Below are positions 1 to 9,417 of a stretch of DNA of 64,000 nucleotides, in pieces. Each line of letters starts with the position of its first letter. Position 1 is the first letter of the stretch. This DNA comes from a virus: IMG/VR virus record IMGVR_UViG_3300044615_001997; one strand, given 5' to 3'. Both the position numbers and the translations under genes were made by a program. The notes under the pieces were generated by a model. That model had not been told where the DNA came from and made no database searches. It saw nothing but the letters and a program-made list of their open reading frames with translations.

Positions 1-4
1 TAAA

Positions 5-439
5 ATGTACTGGAAACGAGTTGGGCACGTTAAACGCTCAAGACTACCCGAAGCAGTGACTTGTCCTGTAGAATATGATGCCTGGGAACTTTTAAAAGCA
101 CAAGCGCTGCACGACGGTTATCAATATGTTGTATTTTGTAAACCTAGATTGACAGAGCATACTTACTTTAATATTTATTGTAACCTTTATTATAGAAGGG
201 AACAACCTAGAGAGAATTTTGACGGAACCCGTCGATATTGGGATTATATTTTCTTTAAATTTAAATACCCAAATTTAAAGCCGGAAGCGTTAGCAAATAA
301 ATCAGAGTATCAGCAGGAGACAATTTTAGAAAACAGCGTACATGATTTCAGTGGAATACCTTACGCACATTTCAACAATATCTCCAAGATAACTGAAGCT
401 ATATTTCGTTACGGAAGCGAATATTTTACCATAAGATGA
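5..439 (+). CDS. hypothetical protein
   Basis: 144-aa ORF whose stop overlaps the next start (ATGA); no motif recognised. Confidence 0.6.
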   Translation: MYWKRVGHVKRSRLPEAVTCPVEYDAWELLKAQALHDGYQYVVFCKPRLTEHTYFNIYCNLYYRREQPRENFDGTRRYWDYIFFKFKYPNLKPEALANKSEYQQETILENSVHDFSGIPYAHFNNISKITEAIFRYGSEYFTIR

Positions 440-846
440 ATAGATTTGAAAAATTGGTAGAGTTGGCTAAAGCGATTCAGCCGGACGTTATTGTTAATAA
501 CTTCCATGTGTCTTTTGTCCTGTATAAAGGCAGAATAGTATCTGTAGGTATAAACAGTAAAAAGACACACCCACTCAATTTAAAATATCCAAAAATAAGC
601 AGGGAGGGTGTAAATGTGAGTCCACATAAATTTACATGCTCTGAATTGAATGCGTTCGTTAAGTTGAAAAATTTAACGAACGTACCATTCAATAAATGCT
701 CTGTTGTAAATGTAAGAATTTTAAAAAATGGAGATCTAGGTTATTCTGCTCCTTGCCAAAGCTGCAAATCACTGATATCTTATCTAGATATTAAAGAATT
801 ATATTACACAGATTTTACTGGAAAATTTATCAAATATAGCAGATAG
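436..846 (+). CDS. zinc-dependent cytidine/deoxycytidylate deaminase-like protein
   Basis: H.S...KG.I.S.G.N N-terminus, C-S-E (H/C-x-E) motif and PCQSC motif. Confidence 0.75.
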   Translation: MNRFEKLVELAKAIQPDVIVNNFHVSFVLYKGRIVSVGINSKKTHPLNLKYPKISREGVNVSPHKFTCSELNAFVKLKNLTNVPFNKCSVVNVRILKNGDLGYSAPCQSCKSLISYLDIKELYYTDFTGKFIKYSR

Positions 847-853
847 TATTGAT

Positions 854-1411
854 ATGAAGACAGATATACAAATCTTAAAAGATGAAGATGCGCCAGTGGC
901 GGCCCTTTTATCTGTTGTGATAAAAAAATATGGGGTAGAGTGCTTTGAATGGGAATCAGTAATTTTAAGAAATGAAATTGAAACTGATTTTGATTTTGAG
1001 TTAACAGATTTACAGTCAGACAAAATACAGGCAGGGATTACCGTGTTAACTACCGACATGTATGAAAGCGATATAAGAACTTTCGAGGTTTGTACAAGAC
1101 TGTTTAATTCCGCTGCACAAGATTTCGAAGACTTTGAACCTTTAGAGGCGGAAGAGTTGATTTCTGGTATGACTGAAGTTATGTTGCTGAAAATGGAAAA
1201 CTTAGATTTTACTCCAGATGTGAATGCCTACGCTGGCGAAGTGTTTTTTAACTACGGTTTCTGTAAAGCTCCTAAACTGTTTCCTACAGCCATAATACCT
1301 GATGGAAAACCTGTTACGTGCGACGACTCAGAAAAAAACGAAGCTCTCCAAGAAATCTTTGACGAGAGAATAAAAACAGTTAAAGATTTCTTGGACAAAA
1401 TGATAAGCTAA
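854..1411 (+). CDS. hypothetical acidic protein
   Basis: 185-aa ORF in operon-like packing. Confidence 0.7.
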   Translation: MKTDIQILKDEDAPVAALLSVVIKKYGVECFEWESVILRNEIETDFDFELTDLQSDKIQAGITVLTTDMYESDIRTFEVCTRLFNSAAQDFEDFEPLEAEELISGMTEVMLLKMENLDFTPDVNAYAGEVFFNYGFCKAPKLFPTAIIPDGKPVTCDDSEKNEALQEIFDERIKTVKDFLDKMIS

Positions 1412-1413
1412 CT

Positions 1414-2577
1414 ATGGATAATTTATTGCCAGCCGAGCGTAGTTATGTTGGGATGTTTGAAAAACCTTCTGGTCTGGCGCATCTCAAAATAGAGTATTTG
1501 TATAATTTAATTTTTGGAAAATTACCGTCTCGTCTATATATACAAGATCCATTAGACATATTAAAAACATTGGCGTACATCCAGGAAAATTTTGAAAAAT
1601 TGTCCGTGGATTACGCTTTTAGAAATAGTAATTTACACGAAACAGCTTTTTGGAGAGGTTTAGGTAAATACGAAGATGTTGTGCTGGAGGTAACCGAAGC
1701 CAAGCATACAAAGTTTGGGGATCATTTATCCGAGCTAGTAGACGAGATCTATGGAGACGTCGGAGAAACTACCGAGCTGACTAAGAATGAGATTACTACG
1801 TGCAAGGTAAATTTAGCTTCATCAAGTCCAGAAAAGTTAAAAGAGCTATGCTCAGAATTTGCTAAATATACTTCTAAAAAAGCTTCTAAGATACATTTAT
1901 TAACAAACAGTTATGGTGATGTTGTTTTACAGCCTATAGATATAACACCTTCTACTGTCGACCTAGAATTAAATTATGGTAAAAAATTTGTAGAGATACA
2001 TGACCAAATTATAAACTCTTTGAGTAACAAACTTTCCGGGTTATATTTGTTTTACGGTGATCCGGGAACTGGTAAATCTTCTTACATTAAATATCTTTTA
2101 AACTCGGTAACTTCGCGAAAAATTGTGTATGTTCCGATTAATCTTATAGATAGTTTAATTTCTCCGGACTTTCTTCCACTATTAATATCAAATAGAAATT
2201 TAATACTTGTGATAGAGGACGCTGAAAAGGCTCTTCTTTCGCGCGAAGAAAACACAGGCAATTCTTCCATTGTCTCAGCTATACTAAATTTAACAGACAG
2301 CTTTATTGGAAATGCGTTGAATGTAACGATTATAGCTACATTTAACACTAAAAAAGACAATATCGATAAAGCTCTTTTGAGAAAGGGTAGGCTCAAGTTA
2401 AGTCATGAGTTTAAAAAATTAGAAATAGCAGAAGCTCAAAAATTAATAAATTCATTAAACTTTGAGCATACAGTTGAAGAGCCTATGAGCTTGGCTGAGA
2501 TTTATTATCTATACGAAGATAACAAATTTAAGGAAGAGCGCGATAAAGATCGTATTATTGGATTTGGGAAGGCTTAG
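1414..2577 (+). CDS. AAA+ ATPase (single domain, BCS1-like)
   Basis: Walker A GDPGTGKS, Walker B LVIEDAE, SRH DKALLRKGR. Confidence 0.85.
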   Translation: MDNLLPAERSYVGMFEKPSGLAHLKIEYLYNLIFGKLPSRLYIQDPLDILKTLAYIQENFEKLSVDYAFRNSNLHETAFWRGLGKYEDVVLEVTEAKHTKFGDHLSELVDEIYGDVGETTELTKNEITTCKVNLASSSPEKLKELCSEFAKYTSKKASKIHLLTNSYGDVVLQPIDITPSTVDLELNYGKKFVEIHDQIINSLSNKLSGLYLFYGDPGTGKSSYIKYLLNSVTSRKIVYVPINLIDSLISPDFLPLLISNRNLILVIEDAEKALLSREENTGNSSIVSAILNLTDSFIGNALNVTIIATFNTKKDNIDKALLRKGRLKLSHEFKKLEIAEAQKLINSLNFEHTVEEPMSLAEIYYLYEDNKFKEERDKDRIIGFGKA

Positions 2578-4274
2578 TCTTCCCTGGCACTTGAGCTAGG
2601 TCCCAATAAACCGACGTCTCCTATAGCCATATAGGCTGAACAAGCGGCATATACAAGGCTGTGCATGGCGTCATCGGGTTGATTGTCGTTATGTGTATAG
2701 AACATTTCTTGACCGTAAAGACCATCTTTCACTTCGATATATACATTTAAAAGATCTTGCATATAGTCAGAAACATCTTCCCAGGCAGGAAAGTGGATCT
2801 TTCCTTCTTTAATTTGACGAATAATGAGAGATATTACATCTGAGCGATGCAGAATCCACCTATTCTGTCTCCAGTCGTAATCTCCTTGATCGTAGTATTG
2901 TATAACTTTAGATCTGCGATAAGCAGCTAATTGTGATCTTGTAGGACTTGTGAGTTCGCACAGCTTAATTCCACGTATAGGATCAGGACCAGAGTCACAA
3001 ACACAGTAGGCATTTAAACCGTTAGCAATGTCAGCTATTTGGCGTATATGCGCTTCGTGGTCAAATCCACGAAATATTTTTGTATAAACCACATCAAAAG
3101 TTCCGTCGTTTTTTATACCTCCAACCGTCATCACGGTTCGGCTTTGAACCATTGACACACCCCAGTCAACACCTACAGTATAAATTTTATATTTTAATTT
3201 ATTATCATCCACTATACGCATTTTACTTGAAGCATTTTCCATTCTACCTAATGTGCAGACTTTACGTAATTCTTCTTCGGTGATTGGTTTTGTTCCTATA
3301 TCAAAACTTAAACCAAAAACCTCATTCATTATTTTTTTCTGGTCATATTTACCACTAGTACATTTTATATAAATTTCTTTCCATTCTTTTTCAGTCTCGT
3401 TAAAAAACGGTAATATGGGTTGAGCTAAATGATACCCAGCCATTAAATAGTTTTTTGGATTACCTGCCGCCCATTCTCCAGAACGAGCATTTAACTTTTT
3501 AGAGCATTTAGAACAACTTAAACCATGAGACATGATCATTTTCATAGGCTCGTTGCCTTCGGTCAAGCTGTTCCAATGCCCACATCCACACCTCATCATC
3601 CATTCCAACTGACTACTCGTTTTCCACAGACTGTGTATAGTATTAGTGCTGTCTAATGGAGTTCCTGCAAATATTTCACGTTTATACGGAGACAATGCCA
3701 TTGTTTCTTGGATAATCGGTATTTGATCATAATTGATATCTTGAACTTCATCGTAAACAATACAATCAACCGCAGGTCCACGAACACGTGTAGCATCATC
3801 TTTTACATATCTAAACAATATACTACTTCTTGTGTCGCCCATTATTTTCTCAAATACATCATTCTTAGCCCAGCCTTTCACCAACATTTTTTTAACCTTA
3901 GGGCTATCAAATCTAGGTGGAAGATAATTACTCGAAAAATATTTTACCGTTAATTCCTGAGGGCCGACATAGAGCATCTTATAATAGTTCCAACGAATCA
4001 AATTCAAACACACAAAGTTACTGAGCAGCGTACTCTTTAAAGTTTTACGGCTGCATTTTAACAGTAATTTTTGAGGCATGTGGTCATACACATGTTTCAG
4101 CATCGGGAAGTCAGTTAAAACCTGAAGCCGCCCCTCATTATCAAACAAATAGTTCTCGACAAAATGAGAGGGAGGAAGTACCGAAAACATCAATTGTCGG
4201 GCTCGAAAAGCTGACTCCTTATTTCCGGAGTTCAAAAGCTTTTCAACAGTATCTTTGATTTCTATATGGGACAT
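2574..4274 (-). CDS. terL: terminase large subunit, lambda gpA-like
   Basis: SRKTLKST Walker A-like, RGPAVDCIVYDEVQD Walker B, GTP coupling motif, CGCGH..CSKC Zn finger, nuclease motifs GVDWG and PDDAMHS. Confidence 0.85.
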   Translation of the reverse strand: MSHIEIKDTVEKLLNSGNKESAFRARQLMFSVLPPSHFVENYLFDNEGRLQVLTDFPMLKHVYDHMPQKLLLKCSRKTLKSTLLSNFVCLNLIRWNYYKMLYVGPQELTVKYFSSNYLPPRFDSPKVKKMLVKGWAKNDVFEKIMGDTRSSILFRYVKDDATRVRGPAVDCIVYDEVQDINYDQIPIIQETMALSPYKREIFAGTPLDSTNTIHSLWKTSSQLEWMMRCGCGHWNSLTEGNEPMKMIMSHGLSCSKCSKKLNARSGEWAAGNPKNYLMAGYHLAQPILPFFNETEKEWKEIYIKCTSGKYDQKKIMNEVFGLSFDIGTKPITEEELRKVCTLGRMENASSKMRIVDDNKLKYKIYTVGVDWGVSMVQSRTVMTVGGIKNDGTFDVVYTKIFRGFDHEAHIRQIADIANGLNAYCVCDSGPDPIRGIKLCELTSPTRSQLAAYRRSKVIQYYDQGDYDWRQNRWILHRSDVISLIIRQIKEGKIHFPAWEDVSDYMQDLLNVYIEVKDGLYGQEMFYTHNDNQPDDAMHSLVYAACSAYMAIGDVGLLGPSSSARED

Positions 4275-4427
4275 CGCTCGAAAAAAAGAGTAAAGAAAAA
4301 ATTAAAGTATGGTAATAACTTAGTATATATGTATGATTATGCAAATAATTCTTTAGGTGTATTATTTGATACCATATATAAAAACTTACCTAATTGCAAA
4401 AAGTATTATCGCGTTTATAAGTCTTAA
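4266..4427 (+). CDS. small basic hypothetical protein (53 aa, not in ORF track)
   Basis: MGHRSKKRVKKKLKY...YKS stays open across a very AT-rich gap; its stop TAA overlaps ATG 4427. Confidence 0.4.
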   Translation: MGHRSKKRVKKKLKYGNNLVYMYDYANNSLGVLFDTIYKNLPNCKKYYRVYKS

Positions 4428-4702
4428 TGTATAATAGATGCATGAGTAAAACAACAAGGTTTTATAGCGTTCGAGACAGACTTAATCGTTACAGAAAAAC
4501 AATTAAGGATATCTTTCGCAGCAGTTATTATACGGAAAGCAGTAGATCACACAAACGTAAAATTATAGCCGAAGATCGAATCAATACTATTGATGCTATA
4601 CAAAAAAAAGATGATAAATTGCAAGGAGCAGGAAATGTTGTCCTTCCCTTATCGTCTGAAGCTAAAATGCATGTACATCACCGGTTAGATCGTCCAAGCT
4701 AA
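4427..4702 (+). CDS. basic hypothetical protein (alternative start 4442)
   Basis: ORF track; TATAAT at 4430-4435 lies 6 nt before ATG 4442. Confidence 0.6.
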   Translation: MYNRCMSKTTRFYSVRDRLNRYRKTIKDIFRSSYYTESSRSHKRKIIAEDRINTIDAIQKKDDKLQGAGNVVLPLSSEAKMHVHHRLDRPS

Positions 4703-4709
4703 AGTTAAA

Positions 4710-5123
4710 ATGCCTAGACATTTATCTGTAAAAAAATCACATATTATATCGGCACCTAAGAAAAGAAGAGGAAGACCTCCTAAAATAAATAAAACAACTT
4801 CTTTTGCACCTGAAGTTAGTTCTGTGGTAAAAAGACGAGGTAGACCTCCTAAGATTAAAACCACAGATCTTCCTAAGAAAAAAGAAGTCGTTGTAGAACA
4901 AAAAACTCCTCAAGAAAAATTGATGGAGGGACATTGTTTTTATCCAGCTGCACAGTGGATAGAAAATAACATAGATCATATGGAGGAAGCCTACCTCCGT
5001 AAGATAGCAAGAAAACACGGATTGACCATGATGCAGGCCATAATGGACCACATGCTTGGTTATTTTTCTATCAGAGGTTCTGAATTAGGAAAAGCAATCA
5101 GAGAATCTAGAAAACACACATAA
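4710..5123 (+). CDS. AT-hook DNA-binding protein
   Basis: two motifs, KKRRGRPPK and KRRGRPPK. Confidence 0.75.
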   Translation: MPRHLSVKKSHIISAPKKRRGRPPKINKTTSFAPEVSSVVKRRGRPPKIKTTDLPKKKEVVVEQKTPQEKLMEGHCFYPAAQWIENNIDHMEEAYLRKIARKHGLTMMQAIMDHMLGYFSIRGSELGKAIRESRKHT

Positions 5124-6688
5124 TGGAGTTTTTAACAAAATTTAAAAATTATTATGCTTCTGGTTATTCAAGTTTATTTATTTTGACACACGAAGAACAG
5201 CGTGTAGTTAAAGATATTATAACTTTAACCGAGGAGCACGAAGATATAACAATACATGAATGGGATGCCCAAACAGGGCTTGTACGTTCAAAAGACCGAG
5301 AAGTCTTAGGAGAAAATCTACAAAACAGTACAGAATTACTTCGGTTTATTCAAAATGTAAAGTCTCAAGGAAATATCTTTATTCTAAAAGACTTCCATCT
5401 TCACTTTGACAAAGTGATCAATATTCGCATGCTGCGCAACGCATGGAATTTGATGAAGAGCCGTGGAAACATGATTGTGTTTGTAGGGCACAAATTCGCC
5501 ATACCGGCAGAATTAGAAAAAGAAATACAGTTGATTGACTATGATTTACCTGATGAAAAAAGCATCGGCGAAAGACTTCAATATATAATTGATTCTGTCA
5601 ACAAACTCAGAGTCGAAAAAGATAAAGAAGCCTTGGTTGTAGATAAACACATAGCAGATGGAGCTATCGAAGCCGCTAAGGGAATGACCTACGGCGAGAT
5701 AGAAAATGCTTTCGCTATGGCGTACACAACCAATAAAAACTTCGATCAAAGCTTCGTCTCAACTGTATTTGACGAAAAGATAGCTCAGCTAAAAAAGAAT
5801 GGTTTATTGACCTATATTCCAGCCGACATATCTTTTGATAATGTTGGCGGGCTAGGTGGATTAAAGCGTTGGTTACGCTCTCGTAAAAAGGCCTATACCC
5901 AGGAAGCCAGGGATTACAAACTACCTTTACCTAAGGGATGTATGTTCTGCTCTGTTCCTGGTGTAGGTAAAACAATGCTGGCCAAAGCCACTGCCAACGA
6001 ATTTGATTGTCCACTATTCTTATTCGACATGGGTAATGTTTTTGGTTCACATGTTGGTGATAGCGAACGTAACATGAGAGAAGCCATCAAAATCATTGAG
6101 AGCATTGGAAAATGCGTTATCTTGATTGATGAAATAGAAAAAGCTATGAGCAAAGATGCTGTGAGTGGTCGTGGAGATACTGGTGTGAGTTCACGTATAT
6201 ACGGAACTTTTCTAACCTGGCTCAATGACCGTAAAAATCCAGCCTTTATCATTGCTACCTCTAACGATCACACCATTCTACCTTCTCCCTTGATTCGCAA
6301 AGGCAGATTTGATCAACTGTTTTGGATAGACCTTCCTTCTGAAACCGAGAGAGAAGAAATATTCAATGTAGTGATTAAGAAGTACGGTAGAAATCCCGAA
6401 GACTTCGTGGTTTCTAGATTTGTAGCAGCTACCGAAGAGTTCACGGGCGCTGAAATAGAAGATGTTGTTAAATCTGCACTATTCAGAGCATTTGACAACG
6501 GTGGAGAAATATCCGATAAAGACATTATGGAGGAGATCACTGAGTTTATTCCTTTTGCTAAATCGCACGAGGACGAACTTCATCAAATGCGCCTCCAAGC
6601 CAGAGGAAAATTGGTTGTTCTTTCGGAAGAAGGAGAAACACAAACAGTAGATAACGCTCTTCGTAAGTTGAGCATAGGACTTAACTAA
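5123..6688 (+). CDS. Ycf46-like AAA+ ATPase
   Basis: degenerate N-terminal domain (THEEQR, LKDFH), VGGL..LK.WL, SVPGVGKT, ILIDEIEKA, LIRKGRFD, FTGAEIE. Confidence 0.88.
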   Translation: MEFLTKFKNYYASGYSSLFILTHEEQRVVKDIITLTEEHEDITIHEWDAQTGLVRSKDREVLGENLQNSTELLRFIQNVKSQGNIFILKDFHLHFDKVINIRMLRNAWNLMKSRGNMIVFVGHKFAIPAELEKEIQLIDYDLPDEKSIGERLQYIIDSVNKLRVEKDKEALVVDKHIADGAIEAAKGMTYGEIENAFAMAYTTNKNFDQSFVSTVFDEKIAQLKKNGLLTYIPADISFDNVGGLGGLKRWLRSRKKAYTQEARDYKLPLPKGCMFCSVPGVGKTMLAKATANEFDCPLFLFDMGNVFGSHVGDSERNMREAIKIIESIGKCVILIDEIEKAMSKDAVSGRGDTGVSSRIYGTFLTWLNDRKNPAFIIATSNDHTILPSPLIRKGRFDQLFWIDLPSETEREEIFNVVIKKYGRNPEDFVVSRFVAATEEFTGAEIEDVVKSALFRAFDNGGEISDKDIMEEITEFIPFAKSHEDELHQMRLQARGKLVVLSEEGETQTVDNALRKLSIGLN

Positions 6689-6708
6689 AACCTTAACAAA
6701 TTAATATT

Positions 6709-6969
6709 ATGGAAAAATATACAAAAATTATTAGCAGAGAACAAATTACCGAACTTCTTAACGGTAAAAATATCGAAAACGTAGAAACTAAAAGATTCAA
6801 AGGTGTACTCACGCAGTATGCAGATATCATCAATACTCTACGCGAAACACACAAACTGAGCTATTTGCAAATTCATAAATTTTTGCAAGCTGAGTGCAAT
6901 TTAAAATGCACTTATCTTACGTTGCTCAACTTCATCAAAAAAAATCAAAATAACAAAATCCAAGACTAA
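6709..6969 (+). CDS. small helix-turn-helix-like protein
   Basis: I..LR...LSY.QI..FL......Y.TL..F helical pattern. Confidence 0.5.
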   Translation: MEKYTKIISREQITELLNGKNIENVETKRFKGVLTQYADIINTLRETHKLSYLQIHKFLQAECNLKCTYLTLLNFIKKNQNNKIQD

Positions 6970-7967
6970 TGGACTACAAAATAACAGAAACACTGCAAAA
7001 GTACTACGACCAGGTTTTCCAAGACGGCAAACTCGTCAATCTACATATTGCAATGTGGGGCATGAGCTATAGTCTCACTGAAGACGATATCAAATTGGAT
7101 AAACGCCTTCCGGAGATTATTAAGCTAGGTAAGAAAATGCTTATCAGACCCTCGGTCTATAATGCTTTTCGTAATCTACAAAGCCGTGCCCGTAATTATC
7201 TGTACGGTCATTCGTTCTCATTCCCACTTGTTCCGCAGGCACATTTCGTGCCTCGGACCAAGTACTTGGAAGTGAACAATAAATTGAATGAATATAGGAC
7301 GGAATTCCTAAACTTAAAGCAGGAGTTTATAGAAAATTATAATAGATATAAAGAACAGGCTTTAGAATACTATGCTCAACACGCAGATCAATTAAACATT
7401 GAGAGCTTAGAAGCCTTGTATCCTGATATCGATTATGTTGCTAGTAAATTCTCATTCGAGGTTGTTTCATTTGAAGTGAAGCTCCCTACAGAATTTGCCA
7501 ATATTGATATTCATACTGAAGTTGCTCGTGAACTTGCTGCGGATGCAGCTAAACAAGAAAAGTCTCAAGAGTTTCAGCAGGAATATCAAAATCAATTAAG
7601 TACACACATGAGTAAAATCAATGAATTTGTGGGTGAGGTAATTGATACCTTACGCTCAAAAGTCATCGAACATTGCTCTATAGTACTTAAAAAGATTAAG
7701 AAAAAAGACGTTGTAACTGATGCTAGCATTAAAATGTTGATGACTCACATCAACGAATTCAGGAGCCTTAACTTTATTGAAGACAAGGCTATTGAGACAG
7801 AGCTACTGAAAGTTGAAAAATTGCTTGTGAGTGGTAACGACTTTGCAAAAGACAAAGACGCAGTTCAAGAATTGCAAAATTGCCTTAATGGTGTTATCGA
7901 CGAAGCAAAAAATATGTCAGATGTGGCAAATATTTCAGGTGAATATTTCCGTAAATTAGAGGTATAA
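6969..7967 (+). CDS. DUF3150-like helical/coiled-coil protein
   Basis: LG.K.LI...ARNYL...S..F....HFVP pattern; typical neighbour of Ycf46-type ATPases. Confidence 0.6.
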   Translation: MDYKITETLQKYYDQVFQDGKLVNLHIAMWGMSYSLTEDDIKLDKRLPEIIKLGKKMLIRPSVYNAFRNLQSRARNYLYGHSFSFPLVPQAHFVPRTKYLEVNNKLNEYRTEFLNLKQEFIENYNRYKEQALEYYAQHADQLNIESLEALYPDIDYVASKFSFEVVSFEVKLPTEFANIDIHTEVARELAADAAKQEKSQEFQQEYQNQLSTHMSKINEFVGEVIDTLRSKVIEHCSIVLKKIKKKDVVTDASIKMLMTHINEFRSLNFIEDKAIETELLKVEKLLVSGNDFAKDKDAVQELQNCLNGVIDEAKNMSDVANISGEYFRKLEV

Positions 7968-7968
7968 T

Positions 7969-8283
7969 ATGAGCACATTCGGAGACGATAGTGCCACCAT
8001 GAAATTACCTTCCTACGATATGCTTTGGATATCTTACGATAAACCAGAAGCAGATACGCCTCCACAATTCGCAGTAGTCCTACCCTACTGCGAAGTTGCG
8101 GATGGTGATATCGTGGAGTTGAATCCTGGTGGTATTGTTATAAATAAAAAAGAAGAACTTATAAATTTAGACTATCCTCAATTTGTAAAATTAATTGAAA
8201 AGGGTATGCAAAATGGAAAAATTACTTATCTTATGGTGCAGATGAAAGAGTCTCCTAAGGTAATACAAATTCCCGTCAAATGA
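7969..8283 (+). CDS. hypothetical protein
   Basis: 104-aa ORF coupled to neighbours. Confidence 0.65.
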   Translation: MSTFGDDSATMKLPSYDMLWISYDKPEADTPPQFAVVLPYCEVADGDIVELNPGGIVINKKEELINLDYPQFVKLIEKGMQNGKITYLMVQMKESPKVIQIPVK

Positions 8284-8669
8284 GTCATTCAGTAAATGTT
8301 TTAACTCAATTTAAAGATATTAAATTATTGCAGTCTGTTTTTGAATCGTTTGACTGGAATATCAAGACAGATACAAAATGTAGAACTTATCCAACCGATC
8401 CCAGCAAGGACGTGGTGCACCAATATGTTGCTGTAAACCCACTTTCTCATGGATACGATGTAGGTATCGATGTAGACTCTGATGGAAATGCCGTATTTAC
8501 ATGCGACTTTTTCGACAGATCTATTGAAGAAAAGTTAGGAAAAAACCTTAAAAATATTAAACAAGGTTATTCTCTCTCTAAATTGAAAAAATTTATGAGT
8601 GAGGAAGATCTAGATTACAAGGTAGAAACCTTAAACACCGGTGAACTTAAAATCATTGCCACTAAATAA
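8280..8669 (+). CDS. DUF1257 (Ycf35-like) protein
   Basis: MSH.V.V.TQFKD...L, YDVG, D.FD, KQGYS, GELKI pattern. Confidence 0.75.
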   Translation: MSHSVNVLTQFKDIKLLQSVFESFDWNIKTDTKCRTYPTDPSKDVVHQYVAVNPLSHGYDVGIDVDSDGNAVFTCDFFDRSIEEKLGKNLKNIKQGYSLSKLKKFMSEEDLDYKVETLNTGELKIIATK

Positions 8670-8670
8670 T

Positions 8671-8937
8671 ATGTCCGAAACTAAAGACTTCAATCAATAT
8701 AAATCACGCCTGGCTAAATCGTTACACGAAACGCTACTGAGGGATTGTGATCCTCAACCAGATGAGCTACACATTCCATATAACCTAATCGTAGAAGATA
8801 AGGACGAGCCTTGGCATGCCTATGCCAAAGTGACATACATTGTGTTTTGCCCCACAAAAAAAGTGCATACTGTTACCATTCGTTTTCAATACGATAAGTT
8901 TGGTAAGTTTATGCTAGAGACGATGAAATATGTCTAA
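8671..8937 (+). CDS. hypothetical protein
   Basis: ATG 8671 follows the upstream stop; coupled to next gene. Confidence 0.6.
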   Translation: MSETKDFNQYKSRLAKSLHETLLRDCDPQPDELHIPYNLIVEDKDEPWHAYAKVTYIVFCPTKKVHTVTIRFQYDKFGKFMLETMKYV

Positions 8938-9127
8938 GCATATAGAATTTTCTATAGATGTAGAAGGCAATGTAAAAATCCAGAAATTAGAAGGTTATGG
9001 ATCTGGTTGTGTAGAGGCTACAAAATTTCTGGAAAGATCTCTCGGTAATGCCGACGAAAGCTCCAGAGAATACACCGAAGAAATAACCAAGTCTGCGAGC
9101 AGCGCAGATGACTACATCACATTATGA
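8930..9127 (+). CDS. DUF2997 family protein
   Basis: IEF.ID.EG.V....EG.GSGC.EATK.LE.SLG.....T.E pattern. Confidence 0.8.
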   Translation: MSKHIEFSIDVEGNVKIQKLEGYGSGCVEATKFLERSLGNADESSREYTEEITKSASSADDYITL

Positions 9128-9417
9128 CCGAAACCGTGTATATAGATGCTGATGGCTCTATACACGGTTTAAATGGTTTTATACTAGACAATGTAGAAAT
9201 GGGACCAAAGAAGGTATCTAGAGTTTCTAACATCGAATTCAATCATTTCATTCAGCTATGGGAAGCCATTGACGCTGAGGGAAATCTTATCGGTAGAAGC
9301 AGCTCTAGAGCCTCCTTGGTCGATCTAGAAAAAGATTATTTAAACAATAAAATAGAAGCAAACTATGCGTCGAATAAGAACGGCTTTTTTCAAAAAGATA
9401 AACAAACGAGTAACTAG
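9124..9417 (+). CDS. small protein of Ycf46/DUF1257/DUF2997-type modules
   Basis: ID.DG.I....G.....R.S.IE.....W.A........R......E..YL pattern, as recalled from planctomycete modules. Confidence 0.55.
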   Translation: MTETVYIDADGSIHGLNGFILDNVEMGPKKVSRVSNIEFNHFIQLWEAIDAEGNLIGRSSSRASLVDLEKDYLNNKIEANYASNKNGFFQKDKQTSN

